From a bacterium (GTDB taxonomy: Bacteria; J088; JAWLBW01), in the NCBI GenBank assembly GCA_041690355.1, contig JAWLHK010000007.1:62001-119121 (forward strand): a DNA stretch of 57,121 bases. The letters are read 5' to 3'. The notes below the pieces were generated by a model. It was not told the origin of the DNA. It searched no databases and worked only from the letters and a program-made list of their open reading frames with translations. Position 1 is the stretch's first letter. Each line of letters starts with the position of its first letter. Shown here piece by piece: positions 1 to 9,531 of this stretch. The translations under genes were made by a program, and so were the position numbers.

Positions 1-228
1 GACCTGATGCGCAAGGGGAATCCGGGGGCGATCGCCATGTACGGAAGCGTGACGAAGCCCTTTCTCCCCCCCGTGCGCAAGCTCCTCAACATCGCCCGCA
101 CGGACAAGATCCGCGGTCCGGGGGCCAAGGCCAAGGCCATGTCAGTGCAGCTCGCCCTGCACTACGGCCTCGCGTGGGAACACCTGCGCACCACGAAGCT
201 CGGCAAGCCGCCGCGCGGCGTGCGCTGA
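1..228 (+). CDS. 3' end of probable GT2 glycosyltransferase (truncated by window edge)
   Basis: Open from base 1 to TGA at 228. C-terminus (PFLPPVRKLLNIA...KAKAMSVQLALHY...PRG) aligns without gaps to that of the GT2 at 8345-9349 (FLRPPTGALLQIA...KFKASMVLLGLHY...PRG). Confidence 0.6.
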   Translation, partial: DLMRKGNPGAIAMYGSVTKPFLPPVRKLLNIARTDKIRGPGAKAKAMSVQLALHYGLAWEHLRTTKLGKPPRGVR

Positions 229-300
229 CGCATGCAAAGCGCCTGATCCCGGATTTCTAATCCTGTAAGCGAAAGATGTTCGCGCGTGGGCGCACGAGGC

Positions 301-1452
301 TCACGAACCGAGCTTATCCGCGAGAACCCGCGCGATCTGCCGGGCGGCCGTGCCGTCCCCATAGGGGTTGACGGCCGTGGCCATCGCGCGATAGTCGGCG
401 TCGTCGGTGAGAAGCCGGCTGACTCCCCTGACGATCCGCTCCCGGTCGGCCCCCACGAGGCGCGCGGTACCCGCGTCGATGGCTTCGGGGCGCTCGGTCG
501 TCTCGCGCATGACGAGCACCGGCTTGCCGAGCGCCGGCCCCTCTTCCTGCAGGCCGCCCGAATCGGTGAGCAGCAGGGTCGACCGGCTCATGAGGTAGAC
601 GAACGGATCGTAGGGGAGCGGTTCGATAAGGAACAGATTCGGAAGCTCCTTGCCGACCCGTGGCGCGAGCAGGGTCTCGACCGGCCCGCGCACATTCGGA
701 TTCAGGTGCACCGGGTACACGAAGTCGACGTCGGCGAACGACGCGGCCAGCTCGGCCAGGGCCGCGCAGATCTGATCGAACCCGGCGCCGAAGTTCTCGC
801 GCCGGTGGGCGGTGACGACCACGAGCCGTCGATCCCGAGCCACGTAGCCCGCGTCGCGCAACAGCCCCGCATAGGAAGCATCCTGTGCGGCCACGCGGTC
901 GCGCGCAAAGAAAAGCGCATCGATCGCCGTGTTCCCCGTGACGAAGATCTGTTCCGCCGGCGTGCTCTCGGCGAGCAGATTCGCCCGCGCGCGCTCCGTC
1001 GGCGCAAAGTGAAAATCGGCGATTGATCCTGTGATGCGGCGGTTCATCTCTTCGGGGAACGGGGCGCGCTTGTCCCGCGTCCGCAGCCCCGCCTCGACGT
1101 GACCGACGGGAATCTGCGCGTAGAATGCCGCCAGGGCCGCCGCCATGCTTGTCGTCGTATCGCCGTGGACGAGAACCAGATCGGGCTTCCACTTTGCCAG
1201 AACATCGCTCACGCCGCGCAGGACGCGGCCGGTGAGATCGGGCAGATCCTGGCCGGGGCGCATCAGGTCGAGATCGAATTCCGGCTGGAGCGCAAAGAAG
1301 GCAAGCACCTGGTCGAGCATCTGGCGGTGCTGCGCGGTCACGCACACGGCCGTCTCGAAACGTTCCGCGGTACGCAGCGCGTGAACGACCGGGGCCATCT
1401 TGACCGCCTCGGGCCGGGTCCCGAAGACCAGCAGCACTCGCTTCCGGCTCAC
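301..1452 (-). CDS. wecB: UDP-N-acetylglucosamine 2-epimerase (non-hydrolysing)
   Basis: Motifs FGTRPEAVKMAP, HGDTTT, GHVEAGLRT, PFPEEMNR, TDSGGLQEE, RETTERPE, NPYGDG. GTG start overlaps the upstream stop (GTGA). Confidence 0.95.
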   Translation of the reverse strand: MSRKRVLLVFGTRPEAVKMAPVVHALRTAERFETAVCVTAQHRQMLDQVLAFFALQPEFDLDLMRPGQDLPDLTGRVLRGVSDVLAKWKPDLVLVHGDTTTSMAAALAAFYAQIPVGHVEAGLRTRDKRAPFPEEMNRRITGSIADFHFAPTERARANLLAESTPAEQIFVTGNTAIDALFFARDRVAAQDASYAGLLRDAGYVARDRRLVVVTAHRRENFGAGFDQICAALAELAASFADVDFVYPVHLNPNVRGPVETLLAPRVGKELPNLFLIEPLPYDPFVYLMSRSTLLLTDSGGLQEEGPALGKPVLVMRETTERPEAIDAGTARLVGADRERIVRGVSRLLTDDADYRAMATAVNPYGDGTAARQIARVLADKLGS

Positions 1453-2729
1453 ACGACGTCCTTTCCGAGAGCGCGTTTCAGGAGCCGAATGCCCTGTTCG
1501 ACCGGAGCGAAAAGTGCCGGCTTTTCCAGATTGTTGAACAGAAACCGGTAGAAATTCGGATAGGCCGCAAGCTTGTGACGCACGTCCCAGTGCTTGCGCT
1601 CGTAGGTCTCGACGGCTGTAACGGCCGACGACACTTCGTCGGCATCGCGGAGGCGCGTCTCGCGGAAAATGCGCTGCATCTCCTCCCGATGGCGATTCCA
1701 GTCGAGTTCGGCTTCGGCCCAGGTGCGGGCCCGCCGTTTCAGTGCGCCCAGTTCGTCCTTCCGGTCGAGATACCACTGCATGGCTGTGCGGATGCCGGCG
1801 GCGTCGACCAGCGACTGCGGCCAGTAATACCCGTCGTCGCGGGAAACGAAGCGGGAGACGGGAACGAGACGTCCGCTTTCCGGGTCGACCTGTTCGTTCA
1901 TCGGTGCGTTGTCGGTCGTAATCGTGGGCAGGCCGCACGCCTGCGCCTCGGCCATGGTGAGCCCGATCCCTTCTAGCCGCGACGGATAGACGTAGACGTC
2001 GCCAAGATGATACAGGCCGGGGGCGGGCACGGTTTCCTGAACACAGCGGAGACGTCCCGACGACAGGAGCCGATCGAGGGTCGGCGCCAACGCGGGAAAA
2101 CGGGCCTTCAGATCCACCTGCGTATGAATGATCAGCCGCGCCGGTCCCTCCAGCTGTGCGAAAGCCTCGATGACGAGGTCGCACCCCTTTCGCGCGGGAT
2201 TCATCCCGGCGGAGTGGAAGAAGGTGACCGTACCGGGTTCCACCGGTTCGAGCGTCTGCGGCCGGAAGACGTCGAGTTCGGTTCCCCATGGGACGTAGAA
2301 GGCCTGGGGGTGCCACTCGAACACGCTGTGGTGGCGCCGGGTGTTGCAGACGAGAAAGTCGTAGACGCCGAAGTACGGGACCGTCGACTCGGTGTAGTAG
2401 TCGACGTAGGCGCCCGTCTTGATACCGCGCTCGCGGCACCAGAGCACCGGCGGCCAGAATTTCTGTTCGTTGAAGAAGACCGTGTCGATGGCGTTGCGCT
2501 CGACCCAGGCCAGGAAGTCGTCGCGGACGATGGCCGTGTTCCGGGGAATGCGCGATCTCGCCCCCCAGGTGACCCAGGGCGCATCCCAGCGCGGATCCCC
2601 CGCGGCAAATTCCTCGCCGCCGCGCGCGTATACGTAGGTCGGGATCTCGGGGACCAGCAGATTCCGGTACTGCCGCGACACATAGGCCGCGCCGCGCTCG
2701 AACCAGGTCGTGACGATTCCCACATTCAT
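1449..2729 (-). CDS. GT4-family glycosyltransferase
   Basis: RKGCD and YVYPSRLEGIGLTMAEAQACGLP (ExxGxxxxEA) GT-B motifs. ATGA coupling to upstream gene. Confidence 0.9.
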   Translation of the reverse strand: MNVGIVTTWFERGAAYVSRQYRNLLVPEIPTYVYARGGEEFAAGDPRWDAPWVTWGARSRIPRNTAIVRDDFLAWVERNAIDTVFFNEQKFWPPVLWCRERGIKTGAYVDYYTESTVPYFGVYDFLVCNTRRHHSVFEWHPQAFYVPWGTELDVFRPQTLEPVEPGTVTFFHSAGMNPARKGCDLVIEAFAQLEGPARLIIHTQVDLKARFPALAPTLDRLLSSGRLRCVQETVPAPGLYHLGDVYVYPSRLEGIGLTMAEAQACGLPTITTDNAPMNEQVDPESGRLVPVSRFVSRDDGYYWPQSLVDAAGIRTAMQWYLDRKDELGALKRRARTWAEAELDWNRHREEMQRIFRETRLRDADEVSSAVTAVETYERKHWDVRHKLAAYPNFYRFLFNNLEKPALFAPVEQGIRLLKRALGKDVV

Positions 2730-3751
2730 GCGATGACGTCTACCCATGCGAAGCGTTCGGAGCGGCCGCCGCGGAGGACATCCAGCATCATGCCCGTCAC
2801 GTTGGCCGTGTTGTACTCGGTCAGCATCCGGCGCTGGCCGGCGGCGGCGATGACCTCGCGTTCCGCATCGTCGGCGAGAAAGCGGGTCACCTGACGATCC
2901 AGTTCGTCGATGGATTCGAAGGCCGCCACTTCGGCGCCGGGCTCGAGAATGCGTTCGAGTCCGGGAAACCGCCAGACGAGATAGAAAGTGCCGAAGGTCA
3001 GGTAATGGGTCATCCGATCGCTGGTGTAGCCGGACACGTTCTGGAACGCGCTGACGCCGACGCCGATGCGCGCGCTCCGGATGGCCGCGATGTATTCGTC
3101 GCCGCGCACCCGGGGGAGCACCCTGGCTCCAAGCCCCAGGCGGCGGCGCACGCGATCCCGCAGACTGTTCTTCTGCCGGCCGGCCGAACCGAAGAGGGTC
3201 GCATCGGGACGCTTCGCCAGATAGTCTACCACCGCCGCGCGTTCGGCACCGGCAAAGCCGTAGGCCGATCCCGTAAAAACGATCGGGCGGGTGCCTCGCG
3301 GCGTGTCGGCATAACGAGGGGGGAGGTCGGGATCGGAGGGGTTGAGAAAATAGGCGGAGCGGCCGGGACGCCCGAGGCGATGGTACTCGCGCAGCGTTTC
3401 GCCGGTGGACGAGAGAAAAAAGGTGTCGACGTGCGGCAACAGCTCAAGCAGCCACGACTCGGGCTGCGGGCGCATGTCTCCATACCAGAGGGCAACGTGG
3501 ACGCCACGGCGGCGCGCTTCGGCCAGCGTGCCGGGGCGGAACTTCTCGCCTTTTCCGATGAGAAGCAGGTCGGTGCCGGGATCGAGCGTGTCGAGCAGGC
3601 GCTGCTGCATGGCGCTTTCACCGGCGTCGCGCACGTGAGACCGGTATTCGAAGCGGCGCAACCGGCAGGCGTTCTGCTCGAACCCTTTCGCGAGCACGAT
3701 GTCGCCGCCGAGGACATGATCTTCGAAAATGCCCGCGTGCAGTACGTTCAT
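2726..3751 (-). CDS. CgeB-like glycosyltransferase (Glyco_trans_1_2 type)
   Basis: C-terminal YTSDRM...GTFYL...ELDRQVTRFLADDAEREVIAAAGQRR pattern typical of CgeB-like GTs. Polysaccharide operon context. Confidence 0.75.
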   Translation of the reverse strand: MNVLHAGIFEDHVLGGDIVLAKGFEQNACRLRRFEYRSHVRDAGESAMQQRLLDTLDPGTDLLLIGKGEKFRPGTLAEARRRGVHVALWYGDMRPQPESWLLELLPHVDTFFLSSTGETLREYHRLGRPGRSAYFLNPSDPDLPPRYADTPRGTRPIVFTGSAYGFAGAERAAVVDYLAKRPDATLFGSAGRQKNSLRDRVRRRLGLGARVLPRVRGDEYIAAIRSARIGVGVSAFQNVSGYTSDRMTHYLTFGTFYLVWRFPGLERILEPGAEVAAFESIDELDRQVTRFLADDAEREVIAAAGQRRMLTEYNTANVTGMMLDVLRGGRSERFAWVDVIA

Positions 3752-4563
3752 CGCTTTCCGGTCAGGCGCAGCACGACGTAGTGTTTGTCGAGCCGCGAGC
3801 GCTCGAGTTCCTCATACGTGAAGAGCCGCGCCAGGTCGCCGAGAAAGTCATAGTGGTCGAAATCGTCGAGCAGCACGAGCGTCCCGGGGGCCAGGCGGCG
3901 GTAGAGCAACGGAAAGCAGAGCGAACGGCCGCTGCCGTGCGGACCGTCGACGATCAGGCCATCGATGGGCGGGAGCGCCTCGACCTCGGCGGAATCCAGA
4001 TCGTAGAAGGTGTTGGGAATGCGGGTCTGCACGAACTCGACTTCCTGCAGCAGTCTGCCGAGCGAGGGCCATACTTCCGCAGCCCGGTCCGGATCGGTAA
4101 ACAGCTGCTTCTTTTCGCCGTCGGTCAGCGTGCGCAGGCCGCGGCGCCGGACATCGACAGTCGTCCCCTGCGCCCGCGCGGCCAGGGTCGCCGCCCACTC
4201 GGGATGGTGCTCGAAGGTAACGACGCGGCTCGCCTTGCCCTCTTCGGCCAGCGCGGCCCAGAAGCGGGTCGATGCGCCCCCTCCGAGCTCGACGATGAGG
4301 GGACCCTCGGACTGCGGTTCCGCTCCGGCCCGCTCGAGAAGCGCATGGACGAAGGTGCGCAGGGACTTACGCGAGAGCGCCCAGCCACTGAAGTTCGCGT
4401 GTTCGTTCTGGGTACGCCGGAAGGCCGATTCGATGGTCCGCGCATGCGGGTGGCCCGCAAACCGCATGCGGTGCAGGCGATCGTCGGCGGCGATGACCGC
4501 CGCCAGCCCCCGTTTCGAGACGCGGCGCGCGCGGCTGCGCAGGTGCAGCGGCGGACGCTTCAT
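3748..4563 (-). CDS. Class I SAM-dependent methyltransferase (Methyltransf_24-like)
   Basis: IVELGGGAST, VTFEHHPEW, LIVDGP, VLLDD motifs. Confidence 0.8.
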   Translation of the reverse strand: MKRPPLHLRSRARRVSKRGLAAVIAADDRLHRMRFAGHPHARTIESAFRRTQNEHANFSGWALSRKSLRTFVHALLERAGAEPQSEGPLIVELGGGASTRFWAALAEEGKASRVVTFEHHPEWAATLAARAQGTTVDVRRRGLRTLTDGEKKQLFTDPDRAAEVWPSLGRLLQEVEFVQTRIPNTFYDLDSAEVEALPPIDGLIVDGPHGSGRSLCFPLLYRRLAPGTLVLLDDFDHYDFLGDLARLFTYEELERSRLDKHYVVLRLTGKR

Positions 4564-5228
4564 GCGGGCTCCCGGCGGCGCAGAAGAATGAAGTCTGCGG
4601 AGGACAGGTCCGGATGGCGCTGGGCGATCACCCGATCGACCTCGAATTCCGCATACTCCGCGAGGTACTTCATCGTGTCGCGGTGCCGGATGTGCGAGCC
4701 GGCGGCATACGGGTGCACGTCCTGTTTGCCGATCGACGTATAGAGCAGCACATACCGGCCGGCGCTCGAGAAGATGTCGGCCAGCGTCTTTCGGAAGTCG
4801 TCTTCATCGATGATGTGGTAGAGCACGTCGAGGCAGACGACCATGTCGGCGGTCAGAAACGATTTGTTGGTGAATGCGGCCGGATCGTACAGGAAGAAGC
4901 TCTTCTGCGGGTCGTCCGTATAGCGTTCGGCGCAGAGCGCGATGGCCGTAGCGGCGATGTCGAGGCCAAGATACTTCGGGTACTCGACCAGTCCCAGGTT
5001 GTGGCCGTCTCCGCATCCGAACTCGATGACCGAGGCGACGTCGAGTTCGCGCAGGAGTCCGTTGATGACTTCGGCCTTGAACTCCGCGAGCGGGCCGTAG
5101 GAGCCCGTCCCCGACGTTCCGCCCGTGCGGTAGCGTTCAGTCCAGTAGGCGATGTAGTCGAGTTCTTCGCCGCCCGGCTGCGCTTCGCGCCGGAACATGC
5201 GCCGGGCAAGTTTTCGCAATGCCTCCAC
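4560..5228 (-). CDS. Class I SAM-dependent methyltransferase
   Basis: SVIEFGCGDG, YLGLDI, VCLDVLYH motifs. GTG start. Confidence 0.85.
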   Translation of the reverse strand: MEALRKLARRMFRREAQPGGEELDYIAYWTERYRTGGTSGTGSYGPLAEFKAEVINGLLRELDVASVIEFGCGDGHNLGLVEYPKYLGLDIAATAIALCAERYTDDPQKSFFLYDPAAFTNKSFLTADMVVCLDVLYHIIDEDDFRKTLADIFSSAGRYVLLYTSIGKQDVHPYAAGSHIRHRDTMKYLAEYAEFEVDRVIAQRHPDLSSADFILLRRREPA

Positions 5229-5238
5229 GTACGGCTCC

Positions 5239-5952
5239 TCAGCGGGTAAGAACCGCGCGATAGCAGTAGAGCTTCTTGCGCGGCTCGTAAATGGCGTCTT
5301 CGGACAATCGTTCGTCTACCGGTCCGGCATAGCGGAGACCGAGTTCGCGCACGATGGCCCCGAAGTAGGCCAGGTTGATTCGCGGATAGTCGAAGGTGAG
5401 CACCATCTGGCCGCCGGGCTTCAGCACGCGCGTGAACTCCCGCAGCGCACCGAACATATCCTGCTTCGCCCCGGGAACGCGGCGCAGCAGCGGACGGAGC
5501 ACGGCGCGCCGGGTATGCCGGTTGAAGACGTCATCCAGGTGCTCGAGAACGGAGATGCAGTAGATCCGATCGAACGTCGCGTCGGCATAGGGCATCGCGT
5601 CGAGCGAAGCCTTCGCGTATCGAATGCCGTCGAGGTACTTCGCGGGCATCGCGGCCGCAGCCTCGGCGCCGAACACGTCGGCAACCTCCTGGCGGATGGC
5701 GTCCTTTGAATCGATGCGCGGATCCAGGTCGCAGGCATGCACCTCGCGGCAGTGATCGGCCAGGTAGAACTTGAGAGGATGACAGATGCCGCTCGCCGCA
5801 TCCAGCGCGATGTCATCCGGCCGGGCGAAGCGCGAAGCCCACTCGTACTCGTAGGTCCGGCTCCACCAGGCCTCGGGGATGTCGAAGACGAAGCGGTCGG
5901 CGCGCGGATCATCGCGAACGATGAAGCGGGATGTCTCAGGCCCGGACGTCAT
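5239..5952 (-). CDS. Class I SAM-dependent methyltransferase (Methyltransf_11-like)
   Basis: ALDAASG, MPYADATFDRIYCISVLEH, RVLKPGG motifs. Confidence 0.85.
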   Translation of the reverse strand: MTSGPETSRFIVRDDPRADRFVFDIPEAWWSRTYEYEWASRFARPDDIALDAASGICHPLKFYLADHCREVHACDLDPRIDSKDAIRQEVADVFGAEAAAAMPAKYLDGIRYAKASLDAMPYADATFDRIYCISVLEHLDDVFNRHTRRAVLRPLLRRVPGAKQDMFGALREFTRVLKPGGQMVLTFDYPRINLAYFGAIVRELGLRYAGPVDERLSEDAIYEPRKKLYCYRAVLTR

Positions 5953-7201
5953 GCGAAAACTCCCAGGAATGCGGGCAGAACACGTCTCCTCCGGTGGCGT
6001 CGAGCTGCTTGCCCGTACCGAAGACGTCTGCCGATACGATTTCGAGATCCGAGGCCCCTTCCACGAAATCGGCAACCTCGCGAATCTGGCCGACCCAGGT
6101 GTGAATCTGGTAGCGGCCGTGCATCAGCGGCAGGTTCCGGAAGCGGCAGGTCACCTCCATGCCGTCGCGGATGTCGAAGTCCTGACCATGGCTCTCGTAG
6201 GTGTACCCGCGCAGAATCTGCGTCTTGTACATGTTGCCGATCATGACCCCGACGATGGCATTCCGCAGCTCCCCCCGCAGGCGCAGAGTCACGCTGAGAT
6301 CGCCCCCCATCGGAATCGAGGCGGTTTCGTTGCCCTCGCCATCCTGCACGCGGATGTCGACGACGCGAACCTTACCGCTCCCCTTGCGATCCGTCCGCTC
6401 GGCAATCGGGGCCGCGTCGGTCTGGATGGTTTCGAAGTAGCGGCGGATACCGTCCTGGACGTTGCCGTCGAAGACCTTCGTGCCCCCCTGCAGCACGATG
6501 ACCCGATCGCACAGCCCCTCGATGGCGGCCATGTTGTGGCTGACGAACAGCACGGTGCGCCCGTCGCGCCCTACCGACTGCATCTTGCCGAGGCATTTCT
6601 TCTGGAACTGGGCGTCCCCCACGGCGAGCACTTCGTCGACGACCAGGATTTCGGGCTCGAGGTGGGCGGCGACCGCAAAGGCAAGGCGGACGTACATCCC
6701 CGAAGAATAACGCTTCACCGGGGTGTCCAGAAAGCGCTCCACGTCGGCGAATTCGACGATCTCGTCGAACTTGCGCACGATCTCTTCCCGGCTCATGCCG
6801 AGGATGGAACCGTTGAGAAAGATGTTCTCGCGCCCCGTCAGCTCGGGGTGAAAGCCAGTGCCGACCTCGAGCAGGCTGGCGACGCGGCCGTCGATGACCA
6901 CGCGCCCCGTCGCAGGTTCGGTGATGCGGCTGAGGATCTTGAGCAGGGTCGACTTGCCGGCGCCGTTGCGCCCGATGATGCCGACCCGCTCGCCCTGCCC
7001 GATGTCGAAGGAGACGTCGCGCAGCGCCCAGAACTCCTCGCGGGTGACTTTGGCTGAAGGGCGAAAAGGGTGCAGGACCCGGCTGCCCAGCGAGCGCGCG
7101 CGTTCGGTCATGACGTCGCGCAGGGAGGCATACTTCTCCTGCTGCTCGTGCCGCAGCTGGTAGCTCTTGCCGACGCCGGTGGCCTGGATGACGGTGCTCA
7201 T
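5936..7201 (-). CDS. wzt: Polysaccharide ABC exporter ATP-binding subunit with C-terminal Wzt_C extension
   Basis: GRNGAGKST Walker A, YSSGM signature, VDEVLAVGD, C-terminal beta-rich extension. Confidence 0.93.
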   Translation of the reverse strand: MSTVIQATGVGKSYQLRHEQQEKYASLRDVMTERARSLGSRVLHPFRPSAKVTREEFWALRDVSFDIGQGERVGIIGRNGAGKSTLLKILSRITEPATGRVVIDGRVASLLEVGTGFHPELTGRENIFLNGSILGMSREEIVRKFDEIVEFADVERFLDTPVKRYSSGMYVRLAFAVAAHLEPEILVVDEVLAVGDAQFQKKCLGKMQSVGRDGRTVLFVSHNMAAIEGLCDRVIVLQGGTKVFDGNVQDGIRRYFETIQTDAAPIAERTDRKGSGKVRVVDIRVQDGEGNETASIPMGGDLSVTLRLRGELRNAIVGVMIGNMYKTQILRGYTYESHGQDFDIRDGMEVTCRFRNLPLMHGRYQIHTWVGQIREVADFVEGASDLEIVSADVFGTGKQLDATGGDVFCPHSWEFSHDVRA

Positions 7202-8034
7202 CAGATCACGTCCGCGAAAGTGCGTTCCATCTTGCGGAAGTAGTGGAGCCCGTAGACGAACAGGGCCACCGTCATGCCGATCGAGAGCAGGAATCCGGTC
7301 ATGTCGACGGCGAGGGGCCGGCCGAGAATGGCCCAGCGGAACCCTTCGATGACGCCGACCATCGGATTCAGGGAATACAGGAGCCGCCACTGCTCGGGGA
7401 CGACGGTCGTGCTGAATCCGACCGGTGAGACGTAGAGGCCGAACTGGACGACGAAGGGGATGACGTAGCGGAAATCGCGGTACTTCACGCTCAGGGCCGA
7501 CAGCCAGAACCCCGCCCCCAGCGACGCGACGAGCGCAAGGGCGAGAAAGAGCGGCAGGGCCGCCATGCGCCACGAGGGGATGAACCCGTAGAAAACCATG
7601 AGCAGGATGAGTAATGCGAAGGAAATCGCGAAGTCGACCAGGGCGACGAGCACCGAGCTCGCCGGAATGACCAGACGCGGAAAGTAGATTTTCGACAGCA
7701 TCCCGGCGTTCTTGACCATCGACCCGCTGCTCTCGGACAGCGCGCTCGCGAAGAACTGCCAGGGGAGCATGGCGGCGAAGACCAGCACCGGGTAAGGGAC
7801 CCCCTCGGAAGGGAACTTGCCGATGCGCCCGAAGATGACCGTGAAGACGGCCATGGTCAGCAGCGGACGGATGACCCCCCAGGCCACCCCGATAACCGTC
7901 TGTTTGTAGCGGACGAGGATGTCGCGCCAGGAGAGAAACCAGAACAGCTCCCGGAACCGCCAGACCTCGCGCCAGTAGTCCCGGTCTGCGCGGCCGGGTT
8001 CGAGCACCACTCTCGTCGTAGAACGCGTCGACAA
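7201..8034 (-). CDS. wzm: Polysaccharide ABC exporter permease
   Basis: RDILVRYKQTVIGVAW, KIYFPR, SVKYRDFRY, LNPMVGVIEGFR motifs. Start uncertain (TTG at 8034 chosen). Confidence 0.9.
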   Translation of the reverse strand: MSTRSTTRVVLEPGRADRDYWREVWRFRELFWFLSWRDILVRYKQTVIGVAWGVIRPLLTMAVFTVIFGRIGKFPSEGVPYPVLVFAAMLPWQFFASALSESSGSMVKNAGMLSKIYFPRLVIPASSVLVALVDFAISFALLILLMVFYGFIPSWRMAALPLFLALALVASLGAGFWLSALSVKYRDFRYVIPFVVQFGLYVSPVGFSTTVVPEQWRLLYSLNPMVGVIEGFRWAILGRPLAVDMTGFLLSIGMTVALFVYGLHYFRKMERTFADVI

Positions 8035-8344
8035 TCCGAATCCCGCCAATCGCCTGAAAAGAATCCTGAATGAATGCCGGAAACCCCGGCACGGGGAGCG
8101 CCGTACGCGCCTTCCGGACAACCTCATTACACTGCCAGAAGCAACCTTGAATTGCCAGCACGGGGCGGCCCTCGACCGGCACATCGGACAGGCGCACCGT
8201 CACGGCGGCGGAATGCTCAGATGACAGCAGGACGGGCATTCTGATAGGATGCACGGGGAGCGGAACCGCCCCATTCCGGCGGTCATCCGGCCGTCCAGGA
8301 AGGGAACAGCGGCCCGCGTACAAGCAGGACTCCATCCAGGCCCC

Positions 8345-9349
8345 ATGCAGGAACACGACGCAGACACCCCCGAGTTTCAGCCCGCAGACTGGCCGTTCGT
8401 CTCGGTCATCCTGCCCATCTACAACGACTACGAGCAGCTCCAGCGCACGCTCGAGCTGCTCGATGCCCAGACGTATCCGCACGACCGCTTCGAGGTCATC
8501 GTCGTCGACAACGGCTCGGACAACCCGCCCGACGAAGTTCATTGCGGCACGCTTGCCATTACGCTCCTGCGCGAGCCCACGCCGAGCTCGTACAAGGCGC
8601 GCAACCGGGGGATTGCCGTGGCCCGGGGCAACATTCTCGCCTTCATCGACTCGGACTGCTTCCCGCGTGCCGACTGGCTGCAGCAGGGGGTCTGGCGCCT
8701 GAACGCGCCCGATCGCCCCGACTATGTCGGCGGACGCGTCGACGTCATCGTGCAGGATCCGGACCATCCGACGCCGACGGAGCTCTACGAGAAGGTCACC
8801 GCCTTCCGCATGGAACGCTACATGGAACGCCGGCACTACGGCGGCGCGGGCAATCTGTTCGTGCGGCGGGAGGTATTCGACAAGGTCGGCACGTTCGACG
8901 AGACGCTGCAGTCGGGGGGCGACGCCGAATTCGGCCAGCGAGTGTGGAAGGCGGGCATCCGCCAGGCATACGGCCGCGACGTGGTCGTCTGCCATCCGGC
9001 CCGCCGCACGTTCAAGAAGCGGGCCGAGAAGGCGCTGCGCATCCACGCGGCGGCGTTGGTGCTCGCCGAGCAGGGGGATGCCTACGCAAAGACCGTCCTG
9101 GCCGGCCGGACGCGGTTTCTGCGTCCGCCCACCGGCGCACTGCTGCAGATTGCTGCGAGCGAAGAGATCCACGGCATCGCCGACAAGTTCAAGGCGTCGA
9201 TGGTGCTGCTCGGTCTGCACTACACGTTCTCCATCGAGCGCTTTCGCACGGGCGTGCTCAAGATGAAGCCGCGCGGCTGGCGTCCGCGGGAAGAGGCTTC
9301 CGGAGACGATTCCACGACCGATCCGGAACTGTCGGGACCGCGAGGCTGA
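8345..9349 (+). CDS. GT2-family glycosyltransferase
   Basis: VSVILPIYN, VVDNGSD, ARNRG, AFIDSD (DxD), SGGDAEF motifs. Confidence 0.9.
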   Translation: MQEHDADTPEFQPADWPFVSVILPIYNDYEQLQRTLELLDAQTYPHDRFEVIVVDNGSDNPPDEVHCGTLAITLLREPTPSSYKARNRGIAVARGNILAFIDSDCFPRADWLQQGVWRLNAPDRPDYVGGRVDVIVQDPDHPTPTELYEKVTAFRMERYMERRHYGGAGNLFVRREVFDKVGTFDETLQSGGDAEFGQRVWKAGIRQAYGRDVVVCHPARRTFKKRAEKALRIHAAALVLAEQGDAYAKTVLAGRTRFLRPPTGALLQIAASEEIHGIADKFKASMVLLGLHYTFSIERFRTGVLKMKPRGWRPREEASGDDSTTDPELSGPRG

Positions 9350-9467
9350 GCGGGGCAGTCGTCAGTCTTCAGTCGTTTGTCAAAAGTCGAGAGCCGTTCC
9401 TGTCGAGCCGACGGAGGCAGCTGCGCGAACGGCGACGGCGAGACAGCCGCCCGGGTACCCATGCGCG

Positions 9468-9520
9468 CCCCCTCGCTGTCGCGCTCACTCTGTTACGCGC
9501 CGTCAGCTCGGGACGAACGG
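9468..9520 (-). repeat. Intergenic repeat family 1, unit B (CCGTTCGYCCCGAGCTGACGG...GACAGCGAGGG)
   Basis: Near-identical to 39493-39545 (+) and 54440-54489 (-). A degenerate inverted copy starts near 9394. Confidence 0.8.
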
Positions 9521-9531
9521 GAGGGCAGTTT

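Noticed and set aside
301-2439. 712-aa ORF as an extended WecB
   Set aside because: The extension is an alternative frame of the GT4 gene. The real start is GTG at 1452.
8140-8160. Sigma-54-like TGGCA...TTGC upstream of wzm (and a similar one near 15725)
   Set aside because: GG-to-GC spacing is 12 and 9 nt respectively, not the required 10.
5936-9220. 1094-aa ORF suggesting a giant Wzt fusion
   Set aside because: Only 5936-7201 is Wzt. The rest is an off-frame read through wzm and the antisense of the GT2, a high-GC artefact.
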